Assembly (NCBI GenBank): GCA_016795545.1
Contig: JAEUGX010000106.1
Location: 3,136 to 67,135 of the forward strand
From: Opitutaceae bacterium
Lineage (GTDB): Bacteria > Verrucomicrobiota > Verrucomicrobiia > Opitutales > Opitutaceae
Length of the DNA stretch: 64,000 nt
Reading direction: 5' to 3'
The number at the start of each line of letters is the position of its first letter. The first letter of the stretch is position 1. The notes under the pieces were generated by a model that did not search any database, was not told the origin of the DNA, and saw only the letters and a list, made by a program, of their open reading frames with translations. Positions 17,787 through 27,521 of the stretch are shown here, piece by piece. Position numbers and translations under genes: made by a program.

Positions 17787-18598
17787 AACCAAGAAGAAGC
17801 CGAGTTCTGGAGATCCTGCGCCGCGGGGGTTCCGCCACGTGCGCCAAGATTAACCTGTCCGATCCCCGCGTGGTGGAGATCGCCGGGTACGCCAATTTTG
17901 ACTGCGCCTGGCTGTGCAACGAGCACGTGCCCAACGACTGGCTCAACCTCGAGCACCAGGTCCGCGCCGCCAAGCTCCACGACATGGACACGCTGGTCCG
18001 CGTCCAGAAGGGCGCCTACAGCGACTACGTGAAGCCCTTCGAGGCCGACGCCACCGGCATCATGGTGCCGCACGTGGCGAGCGCCGCCGAGGCCCGGCAG
18101 ATCGTCAAGTGGACGCGCTATCACCCGCTCGGCCTCCGCGCGCTCGACGGCGGCAACGCCGACGCCCAGTTCTGCAAGCTCCCGCTCAAGGACTACATCG
18201 CCAACGCCAACCGCGAGCGCTTCATCGGCCTCCAGATCGAGTCGGCCGAGGCCCTGGCCAACGTTGACGAGATCGCGGCCGTCGAGGGCTTCGACATGCT
18301 CGTGTTCGGCCCCGGCGACTTCTCGCAGTCGATCGGCAAGCCGGGCGAGATTCACGCCCCCGAGGTGGTCGAAGCCCGCAAGCGGATCGGCGCCGCCGCG
18401 CGCCGCCACGGCAAGTACGCCTTCGCCCCCGGGCTGCTGGCGGACCGCGCCACCCTCCAGGCCGAGGGCTACAGCGTGTTCGGCCTCGGCGCCGACGTCG
18501 TCGGCCTCAGCACCTTCTTCCAGCAGGCGCGCGACAAGTTCGACGCCCCGCCCGCTCCCGTCGTGCCCGAGAAGGGCCCCGCCAAGGGCGGCATCTGA
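17783..18598 (+). CDS. HpcH/HpaI-family 2-keto-3-deoxy-(sugar) acid aldolase
   Basis: It overlaps the upstream gene by ATGA. Blocks are LVRVQKGAYSDYVKPFEADATGIMVPHV, WTRYHPLGLRALDGG and QIESAEALANVDEIAAVEGFDMLVFGPGDF. Confidence 0.85.
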   Translation: MKPRRSRVLEILRRGGSATCAKINLSDPRVVEIAGYANFDCAWLCNEHVPNDWLNLEHQVRAAKLHDMDTLVRVQKGAYSDYVKPFEADATGIMVPHVASAAEARQIVKWTRYHPLGLRALDGGNADAQFCKLPLKDYIANANRERFIGLQIESAEALANVDEIAAVEGFDMLVFGPGDFSQSIGKPGEIHAPEVVEARKRIGAAARRHGKYAFAPGLLADRATLQAEGYSVFGLGADVVGLSTFFQQARDKFDAPPAPVVPEKGPAKGGI

Positions 18599-18798
18599 CC
18601 GCCGGCAGCTTCGCCTGACTTCCGCCGCGGCTTGGCCGGCATCGCCGTCCAAGCCGGGCGCGATGAGCGGTTTTTTGCCGCGTTCCTCCCCCCGATGCTT
18701 CCCGGGATTTAATCCCGCCGGGACGCGCGGAAAGCACGCGGCATTCAGGAAACCGGCAAGCGATCGTCCGGTCGCGCTTGCGATCCCTGACCCGTGGC

Positions 18799-18820
18799 CC
18801 CCCGCCCGGGAGGGCGGGGG
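18799..18820. terminator. GC hairpin CCCCCGCCC-ggga-GGGCGGGGG between convergent genes
   Basis: It has a 9-bp perfect stem and a 4-nt loop. It lies in the 264-bp convergent gap 18599-18862. There is no U tract. Confidence 0.4.
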
Positions 18821-18862
18821 ATCAGCCGTCCGCTTGAGCATCGCGGCAGCGGCCTGGGGCGG

Positions 18863-19804
18863 CTAAACCCCGGCCGGCAGCCAACGCGGCGCCCGCTGGC
18901 GGATCTCGGCGACGATCTTCGCGTAGGCGGCCTCGTCGTACGACGCGTACGGGGGCAGCAGGCGCAGCGGAAACTCCGGCAGGTGCAGGCGGGAGTAGAT
19001 CTTGTCGAACGCGCCGTCCATGTGCGCCACGCCCTCGGCGTGCTTGAGCAGGATCTCCACCACCGTCGCCAGCTCCGCCGCGTCCGCGGCCAGCCGCGCC
19101 TCGTCGCGGGCCTTGCCCGCCGCGTAGTATGCGCGGGCGAGCGCCAGGTTGGTCGACGACACGGAGAGCAGCAGCCCGCAGCTCTCGCCCAGCAGGCAGG
19201 CCTTGGCGAAGCCGGCCTCGGTGATGAAATGCGTCAGCATCGGCGCCTCCCGCATCAGGCCCTGGATGGTGGCCGCGGCGTTCGTGCCGTGCTTCGTCGC
19301 CACCAGGTTCGGATGCCGGGCCGCCAGCTCGACGTACTCGGCCGGCGTCACCACCCGCTTCGCGCGCATCAGATTGTAGTGCAGGAACTGGCAGTCGGGA
19401 AACCGCCCGCAGGTCGCCGCAAAGAAGTCGCGCAGCTCCCGGTCGTTCAGCGCGCCCCAGCTGGGCAGCGAGAGCTGGAACTGGCGGATGCCCAGCGCCC
19501 GCGCCGCCTCGATCCGCTCGACGATCGTGCCGAGCGAAAGGCTGATCACGCCGATCATCGGCCGGTCCGCGGGGCCGCTCATTTCCTCCCGGAAGATCCG
19601 GCAGAGCCGGAGGTACTGCGCATCCGTCACCGCGTGCCCCTCGCCGGCGGTGCCGAAGAGGTACAGGCTCCGCGTGACATGGTCGCGCAGGTGCCGGATG
19701 CTGCGGCGGAACAGGTCCTCGTTCAGGGAATAATCCGCGTTCCACGGCACGCAGCAGGTGCCGAGGATCGTCGGGGGCAGGCGGGAGGGCAGGGCGGTGG
19801 GCAT
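18863..19804 (-). CDS. DHDPS/N-acetylneuraminate-lyase-family (DapA-like) class I aldolase or dehydratase
   Basis: It has a GTAGEG motif (the GTTGE equivalent), a candidate Schiff-base lysine in VATKHGT, and is 313 aa. Confidence 0.75.
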   Translation of the reverse strand: MPTALPSRLPPTILGTCCVPWNADYSLNEDLFRRSIRHLRDHVTRSLYLFGTAGEGHAVTDAQYLRLCRIFREEMSGPADRPMIGVISLSLGTIVERIEAARALGIRQFQLSLPSWGALNDRELRDFFAATCGRFPDCQFLHYNLMRAKRVVTPAEYVELAARHPNLVATKHGTNAAATIQGLMREAPMLTHFITEAGFAKACLLGESCGLLLSVSSTNLALARAYYAAGKARDEARLAADAAELATVVEILLKHAEGVAHMDGAFDKIYSRLHLPEFPLRLLPPYASYDEAAYAKIVAEIRQRAPRWLPAGV

Positions 19805-19838
19805 GGGTAAAGACGGGCGGCTCGCCTCCGGGCGGGCT

Positions 19839-20930
19839 TCAGGTGACCTTGCCGCGGGCGTCGACGCGCCACGTGGCCGCGAGCCGGCCCTGGGCGACGA
19901 CCGCCACGGTGTCGGTCAGGTTGACCACGGTGCAGACGTGCGCCGGGATGAAGGCGATGCGGTCGCCGATGGCCACGCCGGCGACGTCGCTTCCCCGCAC
20001 GTAGCCGTGCTCCTCGTTGCAACGCACCACGTTCAGGTCCCGGCCGTCGGCCGCCCGGCCGGCGTGGCCGGCGGGCGTCTTGTCGCTGCTGAAGACCTTG
20101 GAGCCCGCGTCGATCAGCGCCAGGTCCGGCTCGGGCTTGTCCACCACCGTGGCCACGACCGTCAGCGCGCAACCCTCGCGGCCGACCACCTGCGTCGTCT
20201 CCGCCAGGGCCAGGTCCGCCAGGACGTAGGCGCCGGGGCGCACGGCGTGGACTCCGGGCAGCTGCGCCATGGTCGAGGCCGTGACGCTGCAGCCGGGCCA
20301 GAGCGTGAGCCGGGGGTCGATCGTGTCGCGGACCGCCGCCAGGCGGGCGAGCACGTCGCGCGTGAACGCCGGGCGCTCCGCGGGCGGGAGCCCGTAGGTC
20401 TGCCCCTCGTGCGTGTAAAGGCCGATGAGCCGCAGGTGCGGCGACGCGGCGATGGCGCGGGCCGTCTCCTGCGCACCCGCGGCCGTGCGGGCGCCCTCGC
20501 GCCCCAGGCCGGTGTCGACCGCCATCAGCACCGGCAGCGTCAGCCCGGCGTGCGCCAGCAGGCGCTCGAGCGCGGCGGCGTGCAGCGGGCTCGTGACGGC
20601 CAGGACCAGCTCGTCCAGGCTCTCGCGCAGCCGCCGCAGCCGCGGCGCCTGGCGCAGGTCGACCAGCGAATGCGCGATGAAGATGCGGCGGACGCCCGAG
20701 GGCAGCATCGCCTCGGCTTCGCCCAGCTTGGCGCACGTCAGGCCGGCCGCCCCGGCGGCCAGCTGCCGGCGCGCGATCTCGACCATCTTGTGCGTCTTGA
20801 TGTGCGGCCAGAGCTGCACGCCGTGGCGCGTGCAGACCTCCTGCATCGCGCGGATATTGGCCTCCATCGCCTCGAGCTCGATGGCGACGACGGGCGTGGG
20901 CAGGCTGTCCAGGGCGGCGACCGTGATCAT
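19839..20930 (-). CDS. D-TA / D-serine-dehydratase-like fold-type III PLP enzyme (alanine racemase N-domain family)
   Basis: The real start is ATG 20930, an ATGA overlap with the upstream SDR. The PLP-lysine region is WPHIKTHKMVEIARRQLAAGAAGLTCAKLGEAEAM. Confidence 0.75.
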   Translation of the reverse strand: MITVAALDSLPTPVVAIELEAMEANIRAMQEVCTRHGVQLWPHIKTHKMVEIARRQLAAGAAGLTCAKLGEAEAMLPSGVRRIFIAHSLVDLRQAPRLRRLRESLDELVLAVTSPLHAAALERLLAHAGLTLPVLMAVDTGLGREGARTAAGAQETARAIAASPHLRLIGLYTHEGQTYGLPPAERPAFTRDVLARLAAVRDTIDPRLTLWPGCSVTASTMAQLPGVHAVRPGAYVLADLALAETTQVVGREGCALTVVATVVDKPEPDLALIDAGSKVFSSDKTPAGHAGRAADGRDLNVVRCNEEHGYVRGSDVAGVAIGDRIAFIPAHVCTVVNLTDTVAVVAQGRLAATWRVDARGKVT

Positions 20931-21682
20931 GGCTTGCCGATCTGCCCGACGGTGAGGCCGCCGTCGACCACGATGATCTGGCCCGTGACGTAGGCGGCGG
21001 CATCCGAGCACAGGAAGGTGACGGCCCCGGCGCAGTCCTCCGGCTCGCCGATGCGGCCGAGCAGGATCTTCTTGTGGTAGTGGGCCCGCGTCTCCGGCTG
21101 CGTGTCGATCCACGGCGCGGTCAGCGGCGTGCGGATCAGGCCCGGAGCCAGGCCGTTCACGCGGATGCGGTGCGGGGCCAGCGACTGGGCGAGCGAGCGG
21201 GTCAGCATCACCAGCGCGCCCTTCGAGGTGTCGTACGCCGTGGAGTTGTCCTCCGACTGGAAGCCGTTGGTCGACGACACCACCACGATGCTGCCGGGCC
21301 GGCCGGCCGCCTGGAGCCGGCGGGCGAAGGCCTGCGCCAGGAAGTAGACCGAGCGCACGTTGAGGTTGATGGTCTGGTCGAAGCGCTCGGGCGTCATCTC
21401 CAGGAACGGGGTGTCGAAGAAGCTGCCCGCGTTGCAGACCAGCAGGTCGAGGCCGGGCCGGGCCTGCAGGGCGCGGGCCACGAGGTCCTCGCCCGCGCCC
21501 GGCTTGGCCAGGTCGGCGGTGAGGTAGGCGCAGCCGGCGGGCAGGCCGGCGGGATTCGGGTCGCGACCGTGGCAGACGACGCCCGCGCCGGCGCGGGCGA
21601 GCCCGGCGGCGATGGCCAGGCCGATGCCGCGCGAGGAGCCGGTGACCAGGGCGTGGTGGTTTTGCAGGGAGAAGTCGCTCAT
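20927..21682 (-). CDS. SDR-family oxidoreductase (KduD / 2-deoxy-D-gluconate 3-dehydrogenase-like)
   Basis: Motifs are VTGSSRGIGLAIA, NAG and YDTSKGAL (catalytic YxxxK). The protein is 251 aa. Confidence 0.85.
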   Translation of the reverse strand: MSDFSLQNHHALVTGSSRGIGLAIAAGLARAGAGVVCHGRDPNPAGLPAGCAYLTADLAKPGAGEDLVARALQARPGLDLLVCNAGSFFDTPFLEMTPERFDQTINLNVRSVYFLAQAFARRLQAAGRPGSIVVVSSTNGFQSEDNSTAYDTSKGALVMLTRSLAQSLAPHRIRVNGLAPGLIRTPLTAPWIDTQPETRAHYHKKILLGRIGEPEDCAGAVTFLCSDAAAYVTGQIIVVDGGLTVGQIGKP

Positions 21683-21767
21683 GGGAAAGGTCGGCCCCGG
21701 CGGACGGCCCGGGTCGGTGCGCCCCGGGCGCGGCGGCGCCGGCTGTATTTTATTTGACGAAATTGGT

Positions 21768-21784
21768 GTTTCGTTTAGCGAAAC
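21768..21784. promoter_or_regulatory. Inverted repeat GTTTCG-tttag-CGAAAC, candidate IclR operator
   Basis: It has perfect 6-bp arms. It lies in the AT-richer 128-bp divergent region between the SDR start (21682, -) and the iclR start (21811, +). Confidence 0.35.
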
Positions 21785-21810
21785 ATGTAAAGCGCAAAAC
21801 CGCCTGCCTC

Positions 21811-22554
21811 ATGGCCATCGAAGTCGTCGAGAAAACGTTCTCCGTCCTGGAATTCATGGCCCGGCACGGACAACCGTTGCCGCTGGGGGAGCTGGCCGCC
21901 GGGGTCGGTCTGCCGAAGCCCACGCTGTACCGGATCCTGCGGACGCTGCGCAACCTCGGCTACGTCGAGCAGCGCGAGGTGGGGGAATACGCCCTGACCG
22001 AGCGGCTGGTGTCGCTCGGCCGCAACGACCGCTTCCACCACCTGACTCAGCTGGCCCGGCCGCTGATGCAGCGGCTGCACGCCGAGTTCGACGAGACGGT
22101 GAACCTCGGACTGCTCGAGGGCACGTACACGCTCTACGCGGACGTGATCGAGACCACCCAGGCGTTGCGCTGGATCGTCAAGCCGGGCGTGCGCGACCCT
22201 TTCCACACCACCGCGCTCGGGCGCGCAATCGCGGCCGGCCTCCCGGAGGAGCGCCGGAGCCGGCTCGTGGCCAAGGCCGACCTGGCCCACCCGGTCGCCC
22301 GCCGCATCAAGACTCGGGCGGCGCTCCAGCGGATCCTCGAGGAAACCCGCCGCCGCGGCTGGGCCGTCGAGGAGGAGGAAACCGTCACCGGCGTCGCCTG
22401 CCTGGCGTTCTCGCTTCAGCCGTGGGGCGAGCCGCTCGCCGCCATTTCCGTCTCCATGCCCATCAACCGCTACAACGAGCGCCGGCGCGCCGCCTTGGTG
22501 GCGGCCTTCGCCGAACTCCGCGCCAAGGCCCCCGCCGCCGCGGTGACCGCCTAA
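21811..22554 (+). CDS. IclR-family transcriptional regulator
   Basis: The N-terminal wHTH reads VEKTFSVLEFMARHGQPLPLGELAAGVGLPKPTLYRILRTLRNLGYV. The C-terminal effector domain includes VTGVACLAF. I prefer ATG 21811 over the track's TTG at 21754. Confidence 0.88.
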   Translation: MAIEVVEKTFSVLEFMARHGQPLPLGELAAGVGLPKPTLYRILRTLRNLGYVEQREVGEYALTERLVSLGRNDRFHHLTQLARPLMQRLHAEFDETVNLGLLEGTYTLYADVIETTQALRWIVKPGVRDPFHTTALGRAIAAGLPEERRSRLVAKADLAHPVARRIKTRAALQRILEETRRRGWAVEEEETVTGVACLAFSLQPWGEPLAAISVSMPINRYNERRRAALVAAFAELRAKAPAAAVTA

Positions 22555-22570
22555 CCCCTTCGCCTTCCCG

Positions 22571-23878
<1,308 letters not shown>

Positions 23879-24085
23879 GGCCCGCCCCGCATGTTGGCAG
23901 TTGAAAGTCGGCCCGGCCGGCTGATACTCCCCGCTTGACTATGGACCGACTTATCGACCGCGGGACAACCGGCGGCGGCCGCCCGGCCGGCCGCGGAGCC
24001 GCCGCGGGCGGCTTCCGGCGGGCGCGCGGCGCCCGGCCCGGCCGGTCCCGATCCCTCTCCCCAAGAAACACCAACAATCCAACCA

Positions 24086-25318
24086 GTGAAAATAACCAAC
24101 ATCAGAGCCATGCGGCTATGGGGCCCGCGCAACCACGGAGTGGGTGGCGGGGAGACTAAGATCAACAAGGTCATCGTGCGCGTCGACACCGACGCCGGCA
24201 TCTACGGCCTCGGGGAAGTGGACAACTTCATGGGCGTCCACCAGGCCATCGCCTACATGGCGGGCTACTTCAAGGGACGCGATGCGTTTTCGATCAAGTC
24301 CGTCGTCTCGGAGATGCTCTACGGCACCCAGGCGCCGCATCCCGCCGACGCCGTGCGTGGCGTCATGTTCGACCAGGTGCAGGCGGTGAGCTTCTGCTCG
24401 CCGACCGCCACCCCCTGGGGCCCCGTCGTCTGGGCCGCCAGCGGCGTCGAGATCGCCCTCGTCGACCTCGTGGGCAAGGCGCTCCGGACCCCCGCCTACA
24501 ACCTGCTGGGCGGCCGCTTCCGCGAGCACGCCAAGGTGTACCTCGACCGCTCCTCGCCCGACGACACCACCGACCTCGACGCGTGGCGCAAGATGGCCGC
24601 CGGCGCCGCCGAGGCGGGCTTCACCCAGATGAAGTTCGACATCGACTTCATGGCCACCGAGTGCGTCCGCGACGTGTGGAACCGCACCCTCAACCTCGGC
24701 CAGGTCAACCGCGTCGTCGAGCGCCTCACCGCCGTGCGCGAGGCGGTCGGCCCCGACTTCGAGCTCTGCGTCGACTGCCACATGCAGTACAACGTGCCCG
24801 ACGCGATCCGGGTGTCGAACGCGCTGGCCCACCTCAACCTGCTCTGGATCGAGGACCCGACCCCGATCGTCAATCCCGACTCCTGCGCCCAGGTGCGCGA
24901 GCGCACCTCCATTCCGGTGTGCATCGGCGAGATGTTCATCGCCGAGCAGTTCCGCCTCTTCATCGCGCGCGGGGCCTGCGACATCCTGCACCCCGACATC
25001 CTCTTCTGCGGCGGCATGCACGAGCTCCGCCGGATCGGGGAATACGCCGAGCTCAACCACCTGCCGATCGCCTTCCACGGCAACGGCGGCGCGCTCGCCA
25101 CCATCGCGGCGGCGCACGTCGGCGTCGCCACCCGCAACTTCCTGGGCCTCGAGTACCACTTCATCGAGACCCCCTGGATCGGCGAATTCGTGCGCCGCGA
25201 CGTCCCGCTCTTCCGCGACGGCCAGGTCGTCCTCTCCGACGCCCCCGGCCTCGGCGTCGAGCTCGACCGCGAGGTCTGCCGCCGCCACCTGGCCCCGGGC
25301 GAGTCGCTCTTCGACTGA
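24086..25318 (+). CDS. Enolase-superfamily (mandelate racemase/muconate lactonizing) acid-sugar dehydratase
   Basis: It starts at GTG. The N-terminus reads MKITNIRAM...VIVRVDTDAGIYGLGEV. Other blocks are FTQMKFDI, LWIEDP and PDILFCGGMHE. The protein is 410 aa. Confidence 0.82.
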   Translation: MKITNIRAMRLWGPRNHGVGGGETKINKVIVRVDTDAGIYGLGEVDNFMGVHQAIAYMAGYFKGRDAFSIKSVVSEMLYGTQAPHPADAVRGVMFDQVQAVSFCSPTATPWGPVVWAASGVEIALVDLVGKALRTPAYNLLGGRFREHAKVYLDRSSPDDTTDLDAWRKMAAGAAEAGFTQMKFDIDFMATECVRDVWNRTLNLGQVNRVVERLTAVREAVGPDFELCVDCHMQYNVPDAIRVSNALAHLNLLWIEDPTPIVNPDSCAQVRERTSIPVCIGEMFIAEQFRLFIARGACDILHPDILFCGGMHELRRIGEYAELNHLPIAFHGNGGALATIAAAHVGVATRNFLGLEYHFIETPWIGEFVRRDVPLFRDGQVVLSDAPGLGVELDREVCRRHLAPGESLFD

Positions 25319-25371
25319 CCCGCTCCCGCCTTCACCCACCTTTTTTTATCCTGCCGGTTTCACCCCCTTTC

Positions 25372-26346
25372 ATGTCCCTATCTCCCGTCCGTATCCTGAC
25401 CAACGAGCTGTTCGTCGCCGATCTCAAGGCGAGGCTCCAGGTTCCCTGCGTGTTCAAGACCTTCAACGGCCTGCCCGACCCCGAGGTCGCGCGGCTGGCC
25501 GCCGAGACCGACGCCGTGATCTCCGCCGTCTTCAAGGCGGAGTGGCGCCCCGCCGGCGCCAGCCCGATCCGCCTGGTGCACTCCACCGGGGCCGGCCTCG
25601 ACGGCATCGCCCGCGCCGCCCTGCCGCCCGGCGTGCAGGTCTGCAACGTCTACGGCCACGAGCGCGGCGTCGCGGAGCAGGCGTTCATGCACGTGCTCGC
25701 CCTGCAGAAGGGCCTGCTCCCGCAGGACGCCGCCCTGCGGCGGGGCGACTGGATGATCCAGGAGCGCCCCTACCTGTCGGAGCTGCGCGACCGCAACCTC
25801 CTCGTCCTCGGCCTGGGCCACATCGGCCGCGAACTCGTCCGCTGGGGCCGCTTCCTCGGCATGCGGGTCACGGTGCTCACCCGCACGCCGGGCAAGGCGA
25901 CGGCGGCCGAACTCGGGATCCACGCCCTCGGCAGCCTGGCGGAATTCCCCCGGCATCTGCCCGAGACGGACTTCCTCATCATCGCGATTCCCGCCACGCC
26001 GGAGACCGCCGATTTCCTTGGGGAGCGCGAGCTCCAGCTGATGAAGCCGACCGCCTTCGTCGTGAACGTCGGCCGCGCGCCCGTCATCAACGAAGCGGCC
26101 CTCTACCAGGCGCTCAAGGCCCGCCGCATCGCGGGGGCCGGCCTGGACGTGTGGTACAAGTACTACACGTCACCGACGGCCAAGCAGCTGCCGGCCACCC
26201 AGCCGTTCTGGGAGCTGGACAACGTCGTCATGACGCCGCACAAGGCGACCTACGAGACCATGGCCTACCGCTGGGGCAAGATCGCGGAGAACATAGCGCA
26301 TCTGGCCCGCGGCGAGCCGCTCGAGCGGGTGGTATACGCCACTTGA
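25372..26346 (+). CDS. D-isomer-specific 2-hydroxyacid dehydrogenase family
   Basis: The real start is ATG 25372, inside track ORF 24583..26346. The NAD motif is LLVLGLGHIGREL. Other blocks are FVVNVGRAPVINEAAL, GAGLDVW and VMTPH. Confidence 0.82.
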   Translation: MSLSPVRILTNELFVADLKARLQVPCVFKTFNGLPDPEVARLAAETDAVISAVFKAEWRPAGASPIRLVHSTGAGLDGIARAALPPGVQVCNVYGHERGVAEQAFMHVLALQKGLLPQDAALRRGDWMIQERPYLSELRDRNLLVLGLGHIGRELVRWGRFLGMRVTVLTRTPGKATAAELGIHALGSLAEFPRHLPETDFLIIAIPATPETADFLGERELQLMKPTAFVVNVGRAPVINEAALYQALKARRIAGAGLDVWYKYYTSPTAKQLPATQPFWELDNVVMTPHKATYETMAYRWGKIAENIAHLARGEPLERVVYAT

Positions 26347-26510
26347 GCCGGGCGCCCGCCGGGGCCACCCGCGGGCCGGGAGCCGTTGCGTGGGCCGGGT
26401 CGAGCGACGAGGTTCGCTCGCCCGGCGACGGCGCCCGCGGTGTCGGCTCGCCTTCGCGCTCCGCTCGCGTCTAGCTGCTCGGGACACTCCCCCCGTTTCG
26501 CCACCTCCCC

Positions 26511-27512
26511 ATGAAAACCTCCCTCGACTACACCGCCCACGACCGCCAGATCTGGGAGGAAGAACTCGACGCCTTCGTGCCGCGGCGGATCTTCGACGCG
26601 CACGCCCACCTGTTCTGGCATACGCACGTGCCGGCCGGCCATCCCGGCCGCCAGGTCTGGTGCGACGCCGACCACGCCGCCCACCTCCGCTGGGCGCAGC
26701 GGCTTTATCCGCACCGGGAGGTGCATTTCCTCTACCTCGGCACGCCGGTGACGGGCATTCATGTCGGCCGCCACAACCTCTTCCTGCGCCGGCAGACCCA
26801 GCGGGACCCGCGCTCGCGCGTCAACCTGCTCGTCACGCCCGCCTGCCGGATCGAGACGATCGCCGCCGCCGTGCGCCACCGCGGGGTCATCGGGCTGAAG
26901 CCCTACCGGCTGTTCTCGCGGAACGGGAATCCGGACACCTGCCGGATCCATGAGTTCTTCACCGAGCCGCAGCTCGAGCTGGCCAACGACCTCGGGCTCT
27001 GGGTGACGATGCACCTCTCGCGCTACTGGGCGGCGGCCGACCCCGACAACCTGCGCGACCTCCAGGAGTACACGCGCCGCCGCTACCCGCGGATCAAGTG
27101 GATCCTCGCGCATTGCGCCCGCAGCTTCACGTACTGGCCCATCCGCGAGTCGATCGAGAAGCTGCGCGACCTGCCGAACCTCTACTACGACCTCTCGGCG
27201 GTGTGCGACGTCCGTCCGTTCATCACCCTGTTCCGGCGCGAGAACCACCGGCGCATCTTCTGGGGCTCCGACGGCATCACGCCCACCTTCTTCCGGGGCG
27301 GCTATTTCGCGCTCGGACGGTCGTGGGTGGGGATCGGTCCGGGCGACCTCGAGCGCAAGCAGTTCGCGCACTGCGACGGCCGGCCGATCCTCGCCGTCTA
27401 CGAGAACCTCCTGGCCGTCAAGCAGGCCGCCGAGATCGCGGGTTATACCCGCGCGCAGGTCGAGGCGATCTTCTGGGGCAACGCCGAGAGGGAATTTCTC
27501 CGGCGCCAGTAG
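26511..27512 (+). CDS. Amidohydrolase_2-type TIM-barrel metal hydrolase (family includes sugar-acid lactonases and decarboxylases)
   Basis: Motifs are IFDAHAHLF, WVTMHLSR, ILAHCARSF and FWGSD. Confidence 0.7.
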   Translation: MKTSLDYTAHDRQIWEEELDAFVPRRIFDAHAHLFWHTHVPAGHPGRQVWCDADHAAHLRWAQRLYPHREVHFLYLGTPVTGIHVGRHNLFLRRQTQRDPRSRVNLLVTPACRIETIAAAVRHRGVIGLKPYRLFSRNGNPDTCRIHEFFTEPQLELANDLGLWVTMHLSRYWAAADPDNLRDLQEYTRRRYPRIKWILAHCARSFTYWPIRESIEKLRDLPNLYYDLSAVCDVRPFITLFRRENHRRIFWGSDGITPTFFRGGYFALGRSWVGIGPGDLERKQFAHCDGRPILAVYENLLAVKQAAEIAGYTRAQVEAIFWGNAEREFLRRQ

Positions 27513-27521
27513 CCCCCGGCC

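Noticed and set aside
23893-23910. A sigma-54-like TGGCA element lies downstream of the aminotransferase gene and upstream of the enolase-family gene.
   Set aside because: The -12 element at the required spacing reads AGTC rather than TTGC. No enhancer-binding protein gene is in the window.
23935-24159. Small intergenic ORFs could be real peptides, for example 23935..24159 +, 12993..13274 + and 26390..26953 +.
   Set aside because: Their composition is G/R/P-rich, and they overlap better-supported genes or GC-rich structured spacers. They show no codon-bias signal comparable to the neighbouring genes.
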